Shown: piece after piece, positions 1-11,800 of the stretch
Layout of the letters: every line of letters begins with the position of its first letter
How positions within the stretch are numbered: position 1 is the stretch's first letter
IMG/VR virus record: IMGVR_UViG_3300042511_000879
Span: 62,001 to 126,000 of that record
Strand: one strand, 5' to 3'
DNA: 64,000 nucleotides
The notes under the pieces: generated by a model
Database searches by the model: none
What the model was told of the DNA's origin: nothing
The model's input: only the letters and a program-made list of their open reading frames with translations
Position numbers and translations under genes: made by a program

Positions 1-527
1 AGTTGAACATTTAAAGCAGCAGGAGGTCCGTCTGTATATAGAGGTGGTACATTACTAGAATGCGAATATATATTTCCAGCCCATCCTCCACCGTCATTAC
101 CGTGTGTTGGATATTTATGTCCATGCTCCGGCATTTCACCAGTAGTTAAAATATGTGTTTTTTCACCAAAAGTAACTGGTACGCCATTAGCATACATATT
201 CGGTTGAGCAATACTAGTACCATTATCGTCGGTAGCTGTAGTTCCCCAACCAACAGAAACTCTACCTGTTCGGTTTTTTGTTAAACCATTATATCCGTTA
301 CAAATCGCCCATCCTAATCTTTCATTAGTTCCTATTCCATTTGCATCGAAGTTATTCGAAATATATGCATCAGTGCAGTCAATTTCTTTTATGTCTCCGG
401 TTAGCCATTGGCTGTTTGCAAAAGCTAAAATAGCTTCTTCAGCATCTATATGCCTCTCTGCTGTTATATTACTTCCAGGAGCTAGCTTTTCGGAAATAAT
501 TTGTAATACTTCATTATATGTCGCCAT
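1..527 (-). CDS. Tail-collar domain fibre protein (partial, runs off the left edge)
   Basis: Not in the ORF track (no stop in window). Hand translation from ATG at 527: MATYNEVLQII...WLTGDIKEIDC...GWAICNG...RVSVGWG...GEKTHILTTGEMPEHGH, the typical phage tail-collar/microcystin-dependent pattern. Confidence 0.8.
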   Translation of the reverse strand, partial: MATYNEVLQIISEKLAPGSNITAERHIDAEEAILAFANSQWLTGDIKEIDCTDAYISNNFDANGIGTNERLGWAICNGYNGLTKNRTGRVSVGWGTTATDDNGTSIAQPNMYANGVPVTFGEKTHILTTGEMPEHGHKYPTHGNDGGGWAGNIYSHSSNVPPLYTDGPPAALNVQ

Positions 528-545
528 AATTTATTTTTATTTTTA

Positions 546-1934
546 TTAACCTGCATTATAATCTGATAATGCATAGTCAGTTTGATTATAGTCTGTTGTT
601 ATAAGTTGTCCTTCGCCTAATTGTGACCAATATAAATTACTTACTCCTAAATAAACAATTTGAGGTAGTTTTTTAATTTTAAATTGTATACCTGAATTAT
701 TTGATGAGATTTGTGGATCATTTGAATCATTTGAAAGATCAATATCATACAAAGCGCTACTCTCTCCGGATTCATCTGCATCCACAAAAATAAGAGCTCC
801 TCCAATTAATTGAATTTCATCATTAGTTACACTTTTATATCCTTGACTATTAGGATCCGCAGACTGTGGATTATTAATAATTTGATATGAATATGAATTA
901 AGATCAGGAACTTGCCATTTGTAAAAATCAGGATTATTAGGATCAGTAATAACACCATCTGTCCACCTTTGTCCATTACAAACATACCAACCTAGATAAT
1001 CTCCAATTCCAGCTCCCATTTTTATTTTTATAGGATTATTTAGATCTGAATTTGTATCGATGATTTGACTATAAACAAATCTAGACGGGTCACTAAATAT
1101 TGAAGGTAATATAGAAATAATAGTACCTATTTTAACACTACCTCCTAATTCTTCTGTCGTTTTAAAAGTTACATTACCAGCACTGTTAATTGCAGTTACT
1201 ATTTTATTTACATCTGCGCCTTGATTCCCAATACGTAATGCTGCATTAAAAGTAACCTGTTTTTCAAAAAAAGTATTTCCTAGAGTTGATCCACCAGATG
1301 TTGAAATATTAAATAAATCAACTGCAGTATTTCCAGTACTTTTAATAATATGAGATTTTGCTTTTAAATTTAACTGTGAATTTTGATTATCAATAAAACC
1401 TAGATATAATTTAGATAATCCATCAGAATTATCCATGGTAATATCAAACGCATTACCAAAAACACCTGAACTTTTAAATCTTAAATTAGAAGCAACATTG
1501 CTACTACGTCTATTAACAACCCATTGATATTTTGGTAAACCATTGGGTTGCTGCTGTGCTTCATATCCAGTATCTTCATCTGTGTAGCCGGCAGCAATAA
1601 CAGAAGCATATAATGGAGCAGGATCGATATTGTCAATAGGATGCTTTGAAAACATAGTTGCCATTACATTTCCACCATCTATTAAATTCTGAGAAACGAC
1701 TACCCAATATGAATCAGAACCTCCTACGTCCGGTCCTTTGGTTCCTTGACTTCCTCTACCACCCTGAACTCCTAATGCTCCTTTAAATCCTTGAGCACCA
1801 TCATTTCCATTTGATCCTATATAACCTTTAGGACCTCCACCATTTGCAATAAGCTGATCAAAATTATAGTTAATTTTGTCCAGCTTAATATTATCAGTAT
1901 CGAGTACTCTTATCTGTTTAAGGTTAATTGTCAT
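546..1934 (-). CDS. Collagen-repeat, tail-collar-containing fibre protein
   Basis: N-terminal DKINYNFDQL baseplate-attachment-like motif, G-X-Y run (GPKGYIGSNGNDGAQGFKGALGVQGGRGSQGTKGP), collar motif IGTIISI...GWYVCNG...VPDLN. Confidence 0.8.
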   Translation of the reverse strand: MTINLKQIRVLDTDNIKLDKINYNFDQLIANGGGPKGYIGSNGNDGAQGFKGALGVQGGRGSQGTKGPDVGGSDSYWVVVSQNLIDGGNVMATMFSKHPIDNIDPAPLYASVIAAGYTDEDTGYEAQQQPNGLPKYQWVVNRRSSNVASNLRFKSSGVFGNAFDITMDNSDGLSKLYLGFIDNQNSQLNLKAKSHIIKSTGNTAVDLFNISTSGGSTLGNTFFEKQVTFNAALRIGNQGADVNKIVTAINSAGNVTFKTTEELGGSVKIGTIISILPSIFSDPSRFVYSQIIDTNSDLNNPIKIKMGAGIGDYLGWYVCNGQRWTDGVITDPNNPDFYKWQVPDLNSYSYQIINNPQSADPNSQGYKSVTNDEIQLIGGALIFVDADESGESSALYDIDLSNDSNDPQISSNNSGIQFKIKKLPQIVYLGVSNLYWSQLGEGQLITTDYNQTDYALSDYNAG

Positions 1935-1962
1935 TTAGATTTATATATTATTTTAATTATAA

Positions 1963-4275
1963 CTAACATTCCAATACGTCTATTATTTGACCAGTTGCCG
2001 ACGCTCCTCCTACGTTTAATTTTCCATAATCAACAGGAGATTCACCAAAAAGAGGACCATTCAAATATACTTTAGTATATTTACCAATTGTATTTGGTCT
2101 GTTTTGGTCTTTTATATTAATTAACGGAGGTGTAGCAGTTAATTCTCCAGTAATTAGTGAATATTCACCTTCATCCCATCCAACTGTAACATATAACGCA
2201 GATCCATAAGCCATAACATGTTCAGCTAGCGTTGTTCCAGATGGAGGAGGTGTTAACTCAGTATTTGCAGCAACATATGTTATGTGAATCATCTGCGTTG
2301 CATCACAAACAGATGCCGGTTCTGGCACTAATGGAGTAGGAGTAAGTTGGATTGCGCTATTATAACCCGGGTCATATAGATTGCCATTGCTTGGTTGGTA
2401 TATTTCTACTCTACAAACATAATCTCTAGTAAATGAAAAACCAACAAATATACTTCCATTCCAATATCTTCTAACTCCGGATGTACCTTCACGGTACCAT
2501 CCTTTAGGTGCATTAGTTCCGACAGGATACTCCGGTTGATCGTCAGACCATTTTAAAGTAGTCGCATTAATAAACAATGGTGCATTATACTGAAGATATA
2601 AATCACCAACAAAATTGCTAGGTCCATTTAATTCTTCAACAAGTAGGCTAGTTATCAAATTATTAGTTGTTCCTCCGCCACTACATGTAGCTCCTCTTTG
2701 AGTAAAATCAGTTCCATTCCAAAATATTGGATATCCATCAATATTTTTATACCATCCGGATGACACATAATCTGTTGTTCCATTATTAAACAATTTATAT
2801 GTTGAAGGAATTGTAAACGTATTCCAATCTGTGTTTCCAGTCCAACTATAATACATATCAACTGGAAGAGAGCACGACATAAGAGCTCCAATAGTTCCTG
2901 GTTTCATTATTGGTTCTGTTAGCGTAATTGCATTTGTAGTAATAGGAGGCACATAAACTCCAGTATTCGACCATTTTAAATCATGATTTTCTAAGTAAAC
3001 TATATGAATCATTCTACTAGTTTCGTAGAGTCCAGAAGTACCCATAGTAATAGAACTAATTCCAGGAGATGTATTATTATTTAGAAATTCATTAGTATAT
3101 CCTACGGTATATATTCCAGCTGCACTTGGTACTGCTGAAATTCGCATATCATATCCTCCAATTAATATTGGAGCATCTTCTAGAATTGTAATTGGATTTT
3201 GAGCATCACCATTAGCACCTATAGTATAACTAAAGTTATTTAGATTTGGAGTTAAAAATTGATTAAAACCGCCAACTGTTTCCCATGTCTCTCCATTGCA
3301 AAGATACCATCCTTCATAATCAGTACCTGCCTTTCCTCTTCCATAAATATTATTTAATGGAGAACCGGCAGTTACGTTTATCGAATCATTTAACCAAAAG
3401 TGATCAGTGATAAATTCATTTGCTCTAATTGAAACTATAGAACCTATTGGAAATGTTCCAAAAACGTCTTTAACGCTTTTCCATTCAACATCACCATTAG
3501 TATTTGTCGATACAAGAACCCTATCTTCAGCAGCACCTGGTGTAAATCTAAATACATCTTGAGATGTTACTATTGTTCCAGCTGCACTGCCTAAATTAAA
3601 TGGCCCACCAATCCCACCATTATTGATAGTAATTTGGGAGTCAGTAATAACGATTGAATTATTTAATAAAGAATTAGTAATGCTACCTGTTTTGAGCACT
3701 ATAGTCTGTGCAACATATATAATCTTAAAATTTGAATCTGTTAAATCCGGAGTAATCTCAAAATTTGGATTACTACTATTAGATCCAAACTTAAAATTAT
3801 AACCATTAAAACCTCCGTTATCTTCGACTCTTAGATTAACCCAAGAACTATCTTTAGTTTTTATAACTTGAATCGGCGTGTCAATTGGATTAACTCCATC
3901 ATTATATTCGCTATCATTACCTAGAAATCCAATTCTTAAAGCAACTGGCGCTGATTGAATATCAGTAGCAGGGTTTTTTCTAGGAAATAAATATCCCGGT
4001 AAACCATTACCTTCTGGAAAATAATCCCAATCATTTAAACTCTCTGCTCCTTGAGGACCTTGGTAACCTTGAAGACCCTTATATCCAGTGTCTCCTTGAG
4101 CTCCCATATTTCCATCTCCACCATCTGCTCCGATAGTACCCTGAGGCCCTGGCATTCCTCCATTTGAAAGCTGATCAAAATTATAATTAATCTTATCGAT
4201 TTTATCTTTAGACCACCAGACTCCACTATTTGGATTAAGATCGGTTACAAAAAGTTCTTTTATATTAATAGCCAT
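1963..4275 (-). CDS. Collagen-repeat, tail-collar-containing fibre protein (paralog of 546..1934)
   Basis: Same DKINYNFDQL motif, G-X-Y run (GPQGTIGADGGDGNMGAQGDTGYKGLQGYQGPQG), collar motif PIGSIVSI...GWYLCNG...TPNLN, long beta-rich C-terminal extension. Confidence 0.8.
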   Translation of the reverse strand: MAINIKELFVTDLNPNSGVWWSKDKIDKINYNFDQLSNGGMPGPQGTIGADGGDGNMGAQGDTGYKGLQGYQGPQGAESLNDWDYFPEGNGLPGYLFPRKNPATDIQSAPVALRIGFLGNDSEYNDGVNPIDTPIQVIKTKDSSWVNLRVEDNGGFNGYNFKFGSNSSNPNFEITPDLTDSNFKIIYVAQTIVLKTGSITNSLLNNSIVITDSQITINNGGIGGPFNLGSAAGTIVTSQDVFRFTPGAAEDRVLVSTNTNGDVEWKSVKDVFGTFPIGSIVSIRANEFITDHFWLNDSINVTAGSPLNNIYGRGKAGTDYEGWYLCNGETWETVGGFNQFLTPNLNNFSYTIGANGDAQNPITILEDAPILIGGYDMRISAVPSAAGIYTVGYTNEFLNNNTSPGISSITMGTSGLYETSRMIHIVYLENHDLKWSNTGVYVPPITTNAITLTEPIMKPGTIGALMSCSLPVDMYYSWTGNTDWNTFTIPSTYKLFNNGTTDYVSSGWYKNIDGYPIFWNGTDFTQRGATCSGGGTTNNLITSLLVEELNGPSNFVGDLYLQYNAPLFINATTLKWSDDQPEYPVGTNAPKGWYREGTSGVRRYWNGSIFVGFSFTRDYVCRVEIYQPSNGNLYDPGYNSAIQLTPTPLVPEPASVCDATQMIHITYVAANTELTPPPSGTTLAEHVMAYGSALYVTVGWDEGEYSLITGELTATPPLINIKDQNRPNTIGKYTKVYLNGPLFGESPVDYGKLNVGGASATGQIIDVLEC

Positions 4276-4278
4276 TAA

Positions 4279-7200
4279 TTATGCTTGTATTTTAACATGT
4301 ATTTTAAAGTTATATGAATATCCATATTTTTTATTATATATTAGTCTAAAACTTAAACCGTCATTTTGATAACTTTGAATATTGAAATTAGTTAACTCTA
4401 CATAATTATCAGCAGTTAATTGTGATGTTTGAGTAACCGACACGAAACTCGTTTCTAATCCCTTACCTTCAATTCCATAAATTTTAATTGAATCAATAAT
4501 AAAACGAGGGGATATATTTGATTTTGAATAGATTTGCAAATCATCTTTTATCGAAGATTTATCTCCATATGAATTTGCAGCTTTAACGTATCTTCCGAAA
4601 TATCTTTCAATTCCATCTTCAGTTAATTCATTTAATATTGCAGTTGATAAATAAAAATCTGCAATTACTTGAGATTCATCTTCAATCCAATGTATGGATG
4701 CTGTATTAGATTGTACAAACCTAATTTTATCTAAAACTTCAATTGAAAGCTCTTGAACATTATCAAATTTAGTTATATCATAAGTATCTCTGACCTTCAT
4801 GATTGTTGATGCCATGAATGTTTTCTTTTCTACAGGACTTAATGTTCCATTTGTTGTTTCAGATTCTCCACCACTAAGGGCTCTTGTGAAATAATCTTTA
4901 GAATACTTAGATTTAAAAACATTAATCTCTTTTTTATCAATTGCAATCTCTCCAATCATCGGATATAATGGTAATTTATCAGTTGTTTGAGAAAGTTTTA
5001 ATATATTTTTCGAGTCTTGCTCATTAACTTTATGATAAAAATAGTTACTAATAAAACCATAGTTGTTTGTATTTTCTTTAAAAGAATCAAAAGAGATTCC
5101 TTTACCATTTAACTTGTTGTACGCAATTAAAACAGATTCTTTTAACGCAGTTGTTGGAACTAATGGATCCTCTTCTATTTTAAGTACTTTTTTATCTGAA
5201 TTAATATCTGAAAAAGTTATAATATCATTAAAAATAGGATTATAATCTCCATTCATTCTTCTCAAAATAGATACATATCCTCCATCTTTTCTATCTTCTA
5301 CGATATTACCAATTTGATTTGAAGATAGTCTAAACGCTTTTGGTCTTTCTGGATCTGAAGTTGGTTGTATAATAGAAGGTTTAACAACATCGACACCTGA
5401 TTCTACCGAAAGAACAAAATCATTTTTTGATAGAGTTCCATCTTCAGCAATTGTAACATAGTTTACTTGTCCAAATGAATTAAATCTTTTAGAATATTTA
5501 TAAGCACTAATTGAATCTAATAAATTTGCAAACTCATTTTTACCTCCTTGTGAATAATCAAAAGGTCCAGTTTCAGCTACCAAAGACATAAATTGTGGAT
5601 CTAATCGACCCTCTAGAGGATATGGAGCAATAGGCGGATCATTAGGATTTATTGGTTGCGTCGGATTCGGTACAAATTTATACGGGTGTCCACTTACTAA
5701 TATTGAAGTGTCATCAATAACATCGATAACTTTTACTGCGTATGTATCTCCTGTCACTGTGAAATATATCCATGAATATTCGCCAATAGAATTTCTCTTA
5801 ACAAACTCAGTAAACTTCGCAGTGCCATTATTTATTGATATAATCGATGCCTTAATAATAAAAGGAGTATCAGGGTCTGAATCTGGCTCTGGAGTTGATC
5901 CAATAAAATCAATACGAAATGGAATTCTAGTATCTATAATATCACCGCCTAATGTTAAATCGTTTATAGTGTATAGCAAGTATCTATTAATATCTTCTTC
6001 TGTTATGTCATTTTCAATAATCTTTAATTCTATGTTAACACAAATAAATTTAAACTTGTCATTTTTAACACAATTAAAAACAATTGAATTTGATGGAATA
6101 GTATCATCGCTACTGTATGACAGATATGCTCCAAACTTATAATCACTTATGTCAATTCCTTTCAAGAACTCAGTTGGAATTTCATTTGTAATTTCTTTTC
6201 TTTTTTGGAAAACATATCTAAGACCTCTAAAAACTGCCGATGAATTTTTTTCAAAATTACCTATATCAAATTTAGACCATAATCTTTTTGATTTATTATC
6301 AAACCACGACTGTGCAGAGTTGCTTGTATCAAAATAACCAGTCCAATTAAAATGTTTATCAAAATAATTAAACGTAGTACTTTTTAATTTATCAATGGTT
6401 AATCCTCCATCACCTGCAAAATCTAAATAATTATTTAAGTCTTTTCTAGAGCCTAAAATGCTAGTTGGAATTCTATTTAAGTGAAAATGTTCCATATTCA
6501 AGGATTCAATATTTCTTTTTGAATCCAATTCTATATTTGGCGATAAATTATCATCTCCAAACGCCTCGTTTACATTTAAAACATAAGGTAAATTTCTACC
6601 ATTTGATGAATTCTTAAGTTCATATTTACAAATAGTCGGAACAACTCTACTTAAAAGAGCAGTTTCCTTAAGACTATTTTCTTTAAGACGGTCATATTCA
6701 TTTAAGAGTTGAGTTTTTGCGACTGTTTCTGAAGTTTCCGCGGATAAAATATCTCTAAGACCTGAATAGAATAATGATGCAGTAGTTGTTGAAGACTCAT
6801 CAAAATCATAAACCAAATCTCCTAGGTCTGAGTTTCTTGTTGAGTAAAAATCAAAATCAAAATCTTTAAAATCATATGCAGCAAATTTACCATGAACCGT
6901 TTTATATTCATCATAAACCTCATATACTCTATCATTTGAAAGTTTTGTAGCTCTATCTAAAATAACTCTATAGTAATTTGTATCAAATGGGTCTTGGTTA
7001 ATCTCTATAATTCTAACAAATTTATCAGAATCTTTTTGTTTTAAGTATTCTCCAACTTGAACATTTCCAATTTCTGAAGATTTAACAAGAACTGATTGTC
7101 CTTCAGATGATCCAGCAATAGTTGTCCATATATTCCAAACATTTGGAATATTAGCGTTTAGTCCAATATCATCAAATTCACCATTATCAACATTAATAAA

Positions 7201-8781
7201 ATCAACTAAATTAGTATTGTATACTCCGAATGCGGTTTGTTTTCTTTTATTTCCAGCAACTATCTCTTCAATAATTATCGAAGTGCCAATAACTTTTGTT
7301 TTATAAGTTATAATTTCTCCATTGTTAATTGCAGAAGCTAAAGCAATTGCTATTTGTTGTAGACTTCCATCGCTTGAGAATCTATTTCCTACAGCTCTAG
7401 CGACTGGTAAGGTTGGATCTGCAATAACAATATAGTCTCCTAAATTGTATTGTGAAATTTGAATTTCAGTTTTATCTCCAATAAAAATTCTATCATTAGC
7501 ACTTGGAATATCTTTTATTGTAATCTTAATAAATCCTTTATAACTTGGCTCTTTAAGATCTGCCGTTATTTTCTTACCATTTTTTGCATATCCAATAAAA
7601 GATTTTTCATTACTATCATTTTGAGATATTAAAAATTTATAAGACCAAACTTCTGGTATAGATAGTCCAGGATTTCCAGCATTTATTAATTTACTTGATG
7701 CATTTTTGATATTATAAAAAGTACCTGATTTATCTTTAACATATTGTAAGGTTGGAATTTGAAATTGGTCACTTCCAGGAAACATATCAATATCAACCAA
7801 AGGAATTGGAGCTTGAGATATATCATAAAAAGTTTTATAACTATTGTATTCGGCATTTAATTGACTATTCGTAAGTCCAATAGAACCAAAACTACCTTCA
7901 TCAATATCATCGGCATAAATACCAAAGTATCTATAGATTTTATAGTTTTCTGCAGTATAATCATCGAACAAAAATTCTAAATTAATTATATTAGCAGAAA
8001 CAATACCATTCCTTTCAAATCCATTAGTTATGGTTTGATTGCTAAAAATCTCAGGATAATCAACTTGAACATAATCTCTGTCTAATTGTTCTGTTTTAAC
8101 TGTAAATCCACCGTTAACGATATCAATACCATTAAATGTTGATTGAGAACCTTCTTTAAAGTTTATAGTAAGCGCTGAGTTTGGAAATCTTTTATCGTTA
8201 ACATGAGTATTTAAGTACTCTCCAATTTTTGAAGATTTACCCAAATCAAACGTTTTAATTATTGTAGCATTTTTAAGAAGTTCTAAAATCCTAGAATTTT
8301 GTCCAGTAGTATTTTCAGTATAATCTGTGTTATAATCAACATCTTCAATTCTATAAATTACAAATTTAGAAGGTACTTGTTTTTCAAGCCAAATTGGAGC
8401 AAATATTTTATATTGCTCATCATATAATTTAGTAATATTTTGGATTGCGCCATATTGATACTGATCTTCATATTGAAATTCATAATCAGAAAATAGAGCA
8501 ATATCAGAAGATGCTCTAAGAGTTTCGTATCTTTGCGTTAGCGGAAGCTGTTTATAAAAATTAGCAATATCGATAGAATATATCCCGGAAGATTTAATCT
8601 CATATTTTTGAAATTCAATTTTAGAAAGTTCTTTGTTTGCTCTAAAAGAACTTAAAAACAAGTCGCCATTTGAGTTAACAAGCAACTTTGAATTACTCGT
8701 TAACTTTGGATTTGTTCTTAATAAAGCAAAAGATTTATTATCTATTGAATTGTTTACAGCATCAGTATTAATTATAGCCAT
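4279..8781 (-). CDS. Large virion structural protein (1500 aa)
   Basis: Long ORF, beta-rich composition, co-oriented within the tail/baseplate block; no family recognised. Confidence 0.55.
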   Translation of the reverse strand: MAIINTDAVNNSIDNKSFALLRTNPKLTSNSKLLVNSNGDLFLSSFRANKELSKIEFQKYEIKSSGIYSIDIANFYKQLPLTQRYETLRASSDIALFSDYEFQYEDQYQYGAIQNITKLYDEQYKIFAPIWLEKQVPSKFVIYRIEDVDYNTDYTENTTGQNSRILELLKNATIIKTFDLGKSSKIGEYLNTHVNDKRFPNSALTINFKEGSQSTFNGIDIVNGGFTVKTEQLDRDYVQVDYPEIFSNQTITNGFERNGIVSANIINLEFLFDDYTAENYKIYRYFGIYADDIDEGSFGSIGLTNSQLNAEYNSYKTFYDISQAPIPLVDIDMFPGSDQFQIPTLQYVKDKSGTFYNIKNASSKLINAGNPGLSIPEVWSYKFLISQNDSNEKSFIGYAKNGKKITADLKEPSYKGFIKITIKDIPSANDRIFIGDKTEIQISQYNLGDYIVIADPTLPVARAVGNRFSSDGSLQQIAIALASAINNGEIITYKTKVIGTSIIIEEIVAGNKRKQTAFGVYNTNLVDFINVDNGEFDDIGLNANIPNVWNIWTTIAGSSEGQSVLVKSSEIGNVQVGEYLKQKDSDKFVRIIEINQDPFDTNYYRVILDRATKLSNDRVYEVYDEYKTVHGKFAAYDFKDFDFDFYSTRNSDLGDLVYDFDESSTTTASLFYSGLRDILSAETSETVAKTQLLNEYDRLKENSLKETALLSRVVPTICKYELKNSSNGRNLPYVLNVNEAFGDDNLSPNIELDSKRNIESLNMEHFHLNRIPTSILGSRKDLNNYLDFAGDGGLTIDKLKSTTFNYFDKHFNWTGYFDTSNSAQSWFDNKSKRLWSKFDIGNFEKNSSAVFRGLRYVFQKRKEITNEIPTEFLKGIDISDYKFGAYLSYSSDDTIPSNSIVFNCVKNDKFKFICVNIELKIIENDITEEDINRYLLYTINDLTLGGDIIDTRIPFRIDFIGSTPEPDSDPDTPFIIKASIISINNGTAKFTEFVKRNSIGEYSWIYFTVTGDTYAVKVIDVIDDTSILVSGHPYKFVPNPTQPINPNDPPIAPYPLEGRLDPQFMSLVAETGPFDYSQGGKNEFANLLDSISAYKYSKRFNSFGQVNYVTIAEDGTLSKNDFVLSVESGVDVVKPSIIQPTSDPERPKAFRLSSNQIGNIVEDRKDGGYVSILRRMNGDYNPIFNDIITFSDINSDKKVLKIEEDPLVPTTALKESVLIAYNKLNGKGISFDSFKENTNNYGFISNYFYHKVNEQDSKNILKLSQTTDKLPLYPMIGEIAIDKKEINVFKSKYSKDYFTRALSGGESETTNGTLSPVEKKTFMASTIMKVRDTYDITKFDNVQELSIEVLDKIRFVQSNTASIHWIEDESQVIADFYLSTAILNELTEDGIERYFGRYVKAANSYGDKSSIKDDLQIYSKSNISPRFIIDSIKIYGIEGKGLETSFVSVTQTSQLTADNYVELTNFNIQSYQNDGLSFRLIYNKKYGYSYNFKIHVKIQA

Positions 8782-8860
8782 CTAGGACACCTCTTTTTAT
8801 TTATATTATATATCCCAGATTATGGAACAATATAAAGAGTATATGCCTTAGTAGAACTAA

Positions 8861-11800
8861 TTAATAATTATTAATATCTGGAAAGGAAAGATTTAAGAAG
8901 TCATCAGATAAATATCTACGTCTTCCTCTTCCCGGTTGATAATTATTTTGATATTTAGTTAACATAGTACTTGTTACATTGTTAATATTTCTACCTTCAG
9001 CCGCATATTTAGATGTTACTTCAATATCAAATTTAAAATCATTACTTCCAAAATCAATTATATCAATACCTATTTTTTTAGCATAACTTAAGTTTGTAAA
9101 AGTATTATCTAAAACTCCACCAACTCTACCAGTTCCAGTAGCCTTAGGTCCATAATAATCAGTCATACGGTACTGATAAACCAAATCAACTGACACAGCA
9201 TTTGCACTTCCACCTGGAATTAGCTTTTTACCACTTTTATTAGAAGCATCTACCACTAACGAATTAGTGTTTAGTGGAGAAATATAAAGGAATGAACCGC
9301 ATGATCGACCGCCTAATAAGTATTGGTCTTCTGGAGAGAATCCTGCTTTACCAGTTTGTCGTAGACCTGCAATATTGGTATTACTTATAGTATCAATTAT
9401 TCTAAGAGGTGTTTGTTTTTTACCATTTAGATCTGTTGCTCTTAGAGAAGCTGTTTTTGGCATTCCAACCGTTCCATTACTTGCAATATTTCCTAAAGAT
9501 GGAGAATTTGTACCACTCTGTAAAAGAGGGTGATCGACATGCAAATAAATACCATTTGTATATTGTAAATATGACATCGTGGTTGGAACTCCAATTGCAA
9601 TTTTTTCAGGAATTCCTGTTGATGCTGCATAGCTTCCAGACCAAACAAAATCATTTGGACTAGAAGATAATGGAGCAAATGGAGTTCCATTTATACCATT
9701 AAAGTTTTTAAATCCATTAGTTCCAGATGGAGGAACTGTAGGAAATGTATATGAAATTCCATATTCATATAAATCATATGCACTATTAGTACCTGAATCT
9801 ATTGCAGTATTAATATTACCGTCAACTCCTTCAGTGATTACATACAAATTATCATCATTTGCGATATTTCTAAATCTAGAGTAAATAAATTGCCCTTTTA
9901 ACTGAGAAGACTGATCAGGACCACTATTAAGATAGTCTTTGGTAAGATCAGTGATATTTTGATACATTACCGGAACTAAATCATATCGACCTTCTACTGT
10001 ATAATACGAGTTACTACCATATATTGGATCGATTGATGCAATTCCAGTTCCAAGTCCAAATTTTGTATTACTCGAAGAAACTGGAGCGGGAAGAGTAGTG
10101 TCTCCTACAATTCTAGATATTAACTCAAGATCAGTTGCTTTAGTATTTGATAATTCAATTTTAAAGTTTTTAGTAACAATTGCTCCTTTTCCATTAACCG
10201 CTGGAATTTCTTGGCTATAATAACCTGCAAACAACTGTACTGTTGAGTTATTTGTTACTGGTGTAACGTTTCCGTTTTCATCAATAATTCTTACAAGTAA
10301 TTCTCCAGTTGTTTTCTCAATAACCGCTCTTAAGCTCAGAACCTCATTTTGAAGAGCTAATAACTTTTCATAAACAGTAATCGGTGCTTGGGTGTCTGTT
10401 ATAAATCCAGAAGCTATTGTATTTGCACTATGGGCAAATGTTTGGCTGCCGACTGTAAAAGATTCTCCAACATGTTTGTATACACCTGCAGATTCTAAGT
10501 CTTGCTGAATTTGTACTTTTAATAAGTCAAGCTCATTAGCTTTAATAACATTTCCTAAATTGTCAGTATTAATTTCACCTTGTGGAAATTCTATTTTTTG
10601 AATTTCCGACCAGTCAGATTCTAAAGGATTCGCAGGGAATCCAGCTTCTGAAATTGATTTAATCATAAACTCAACGACTTCTCCAGGGTTAATTGAGATA
10701 TCGAAAGAGTTAAAGTTTACTGCATTAGCATCCTCTTCGCTCTCTAGAATCCAACCATATTTTCCATTAGCATCCATTGCTCTCTTTCTAACAGGTCCAC
10801 TAACTTCTACCCAATTTGAAAAAGCAGCTGTTTTTTCAGTTTGATTTGTAGCATCTACAAATTTTATTTGATCGATTGTTGAAGTTTTTCCTGAAGTAGA
10901 AACATATCTGTATCTAATTTTAAATTGTACAACTTCTTGCGATACTTGGTTTCCAATTGTTTTTGGTTCTGGTACCGCCCAAAATCCTCTAACTTTATAC
11001 TTTGGAGATGCTGTTTGTAAATCTGCAGATTCTGCTGAAGATTTAATTTCACTAACAGTTGATGAAAAAAGTTTTGATTCAGATTCTCTTTGAGAAATTA
11101 ATGAACTTAATTCATTTTTATGAGTATCACTTTCTGCTTGAGAAGCAAATTTCTTAGTATTAATTAAAGATTTTTTCTGTTTGATAGATTCATCAAGTTG
11201 TTTTAATGATTGCTCTGTAGATGATTTATCAGACTTTAATTGTTTAATTTTATCGGTTGTAGTATTGTCAGTTAAGTGTTTATTAATTTGAACAACTTTA
11301 AAGTTTTCAACATTAATAACAGGGGGTGTTGGAGTAATTCCAGACGCTGCAGGTGGAATATAATCTACCTTTAGCGATTTAAGGAATTGTCCAAAATCCG
11401 CAACTTCATTTTTATAATATTCAGCCAAGGTCATTTTATTACCGGCTTCATCATTCATTTCTAAACTATTAGAATAGAATCCAACTCCTGGTGAGAAATT
11501 CTCAGCAGGTATTTTTGAAATAGGATCGATTGGTTTAACAAAGATAACTTGTCTTTCATTAAATGCGACATTGATTTCGATATTCAAATCAGTATCAACT
11601 GCTTTATAAATTCCAAGCGAGTTAACTCCAAGCTTAATAGATTCAGAACCTTCGAGTAATAGTAACTCAACTTGTGTTGTTGAAGTATCTATAGAAAGAA
11701 TTTGGTATCTTGTTCTATAATTACCAGAGTTAACAATAAGAGAATCTCCAGTCTTTAGCGTTTCAGTATCTTTAAGGGTTTTAGTTGAATCAGTAAACGT

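Noticed and set aside
1-4275. Diversity-generating retroelement target or invertible fibre cassette
   Set aside because: No template/variable repeat pair, reverse transcriptase, invertase or flanking inverted repeats seen in this window.
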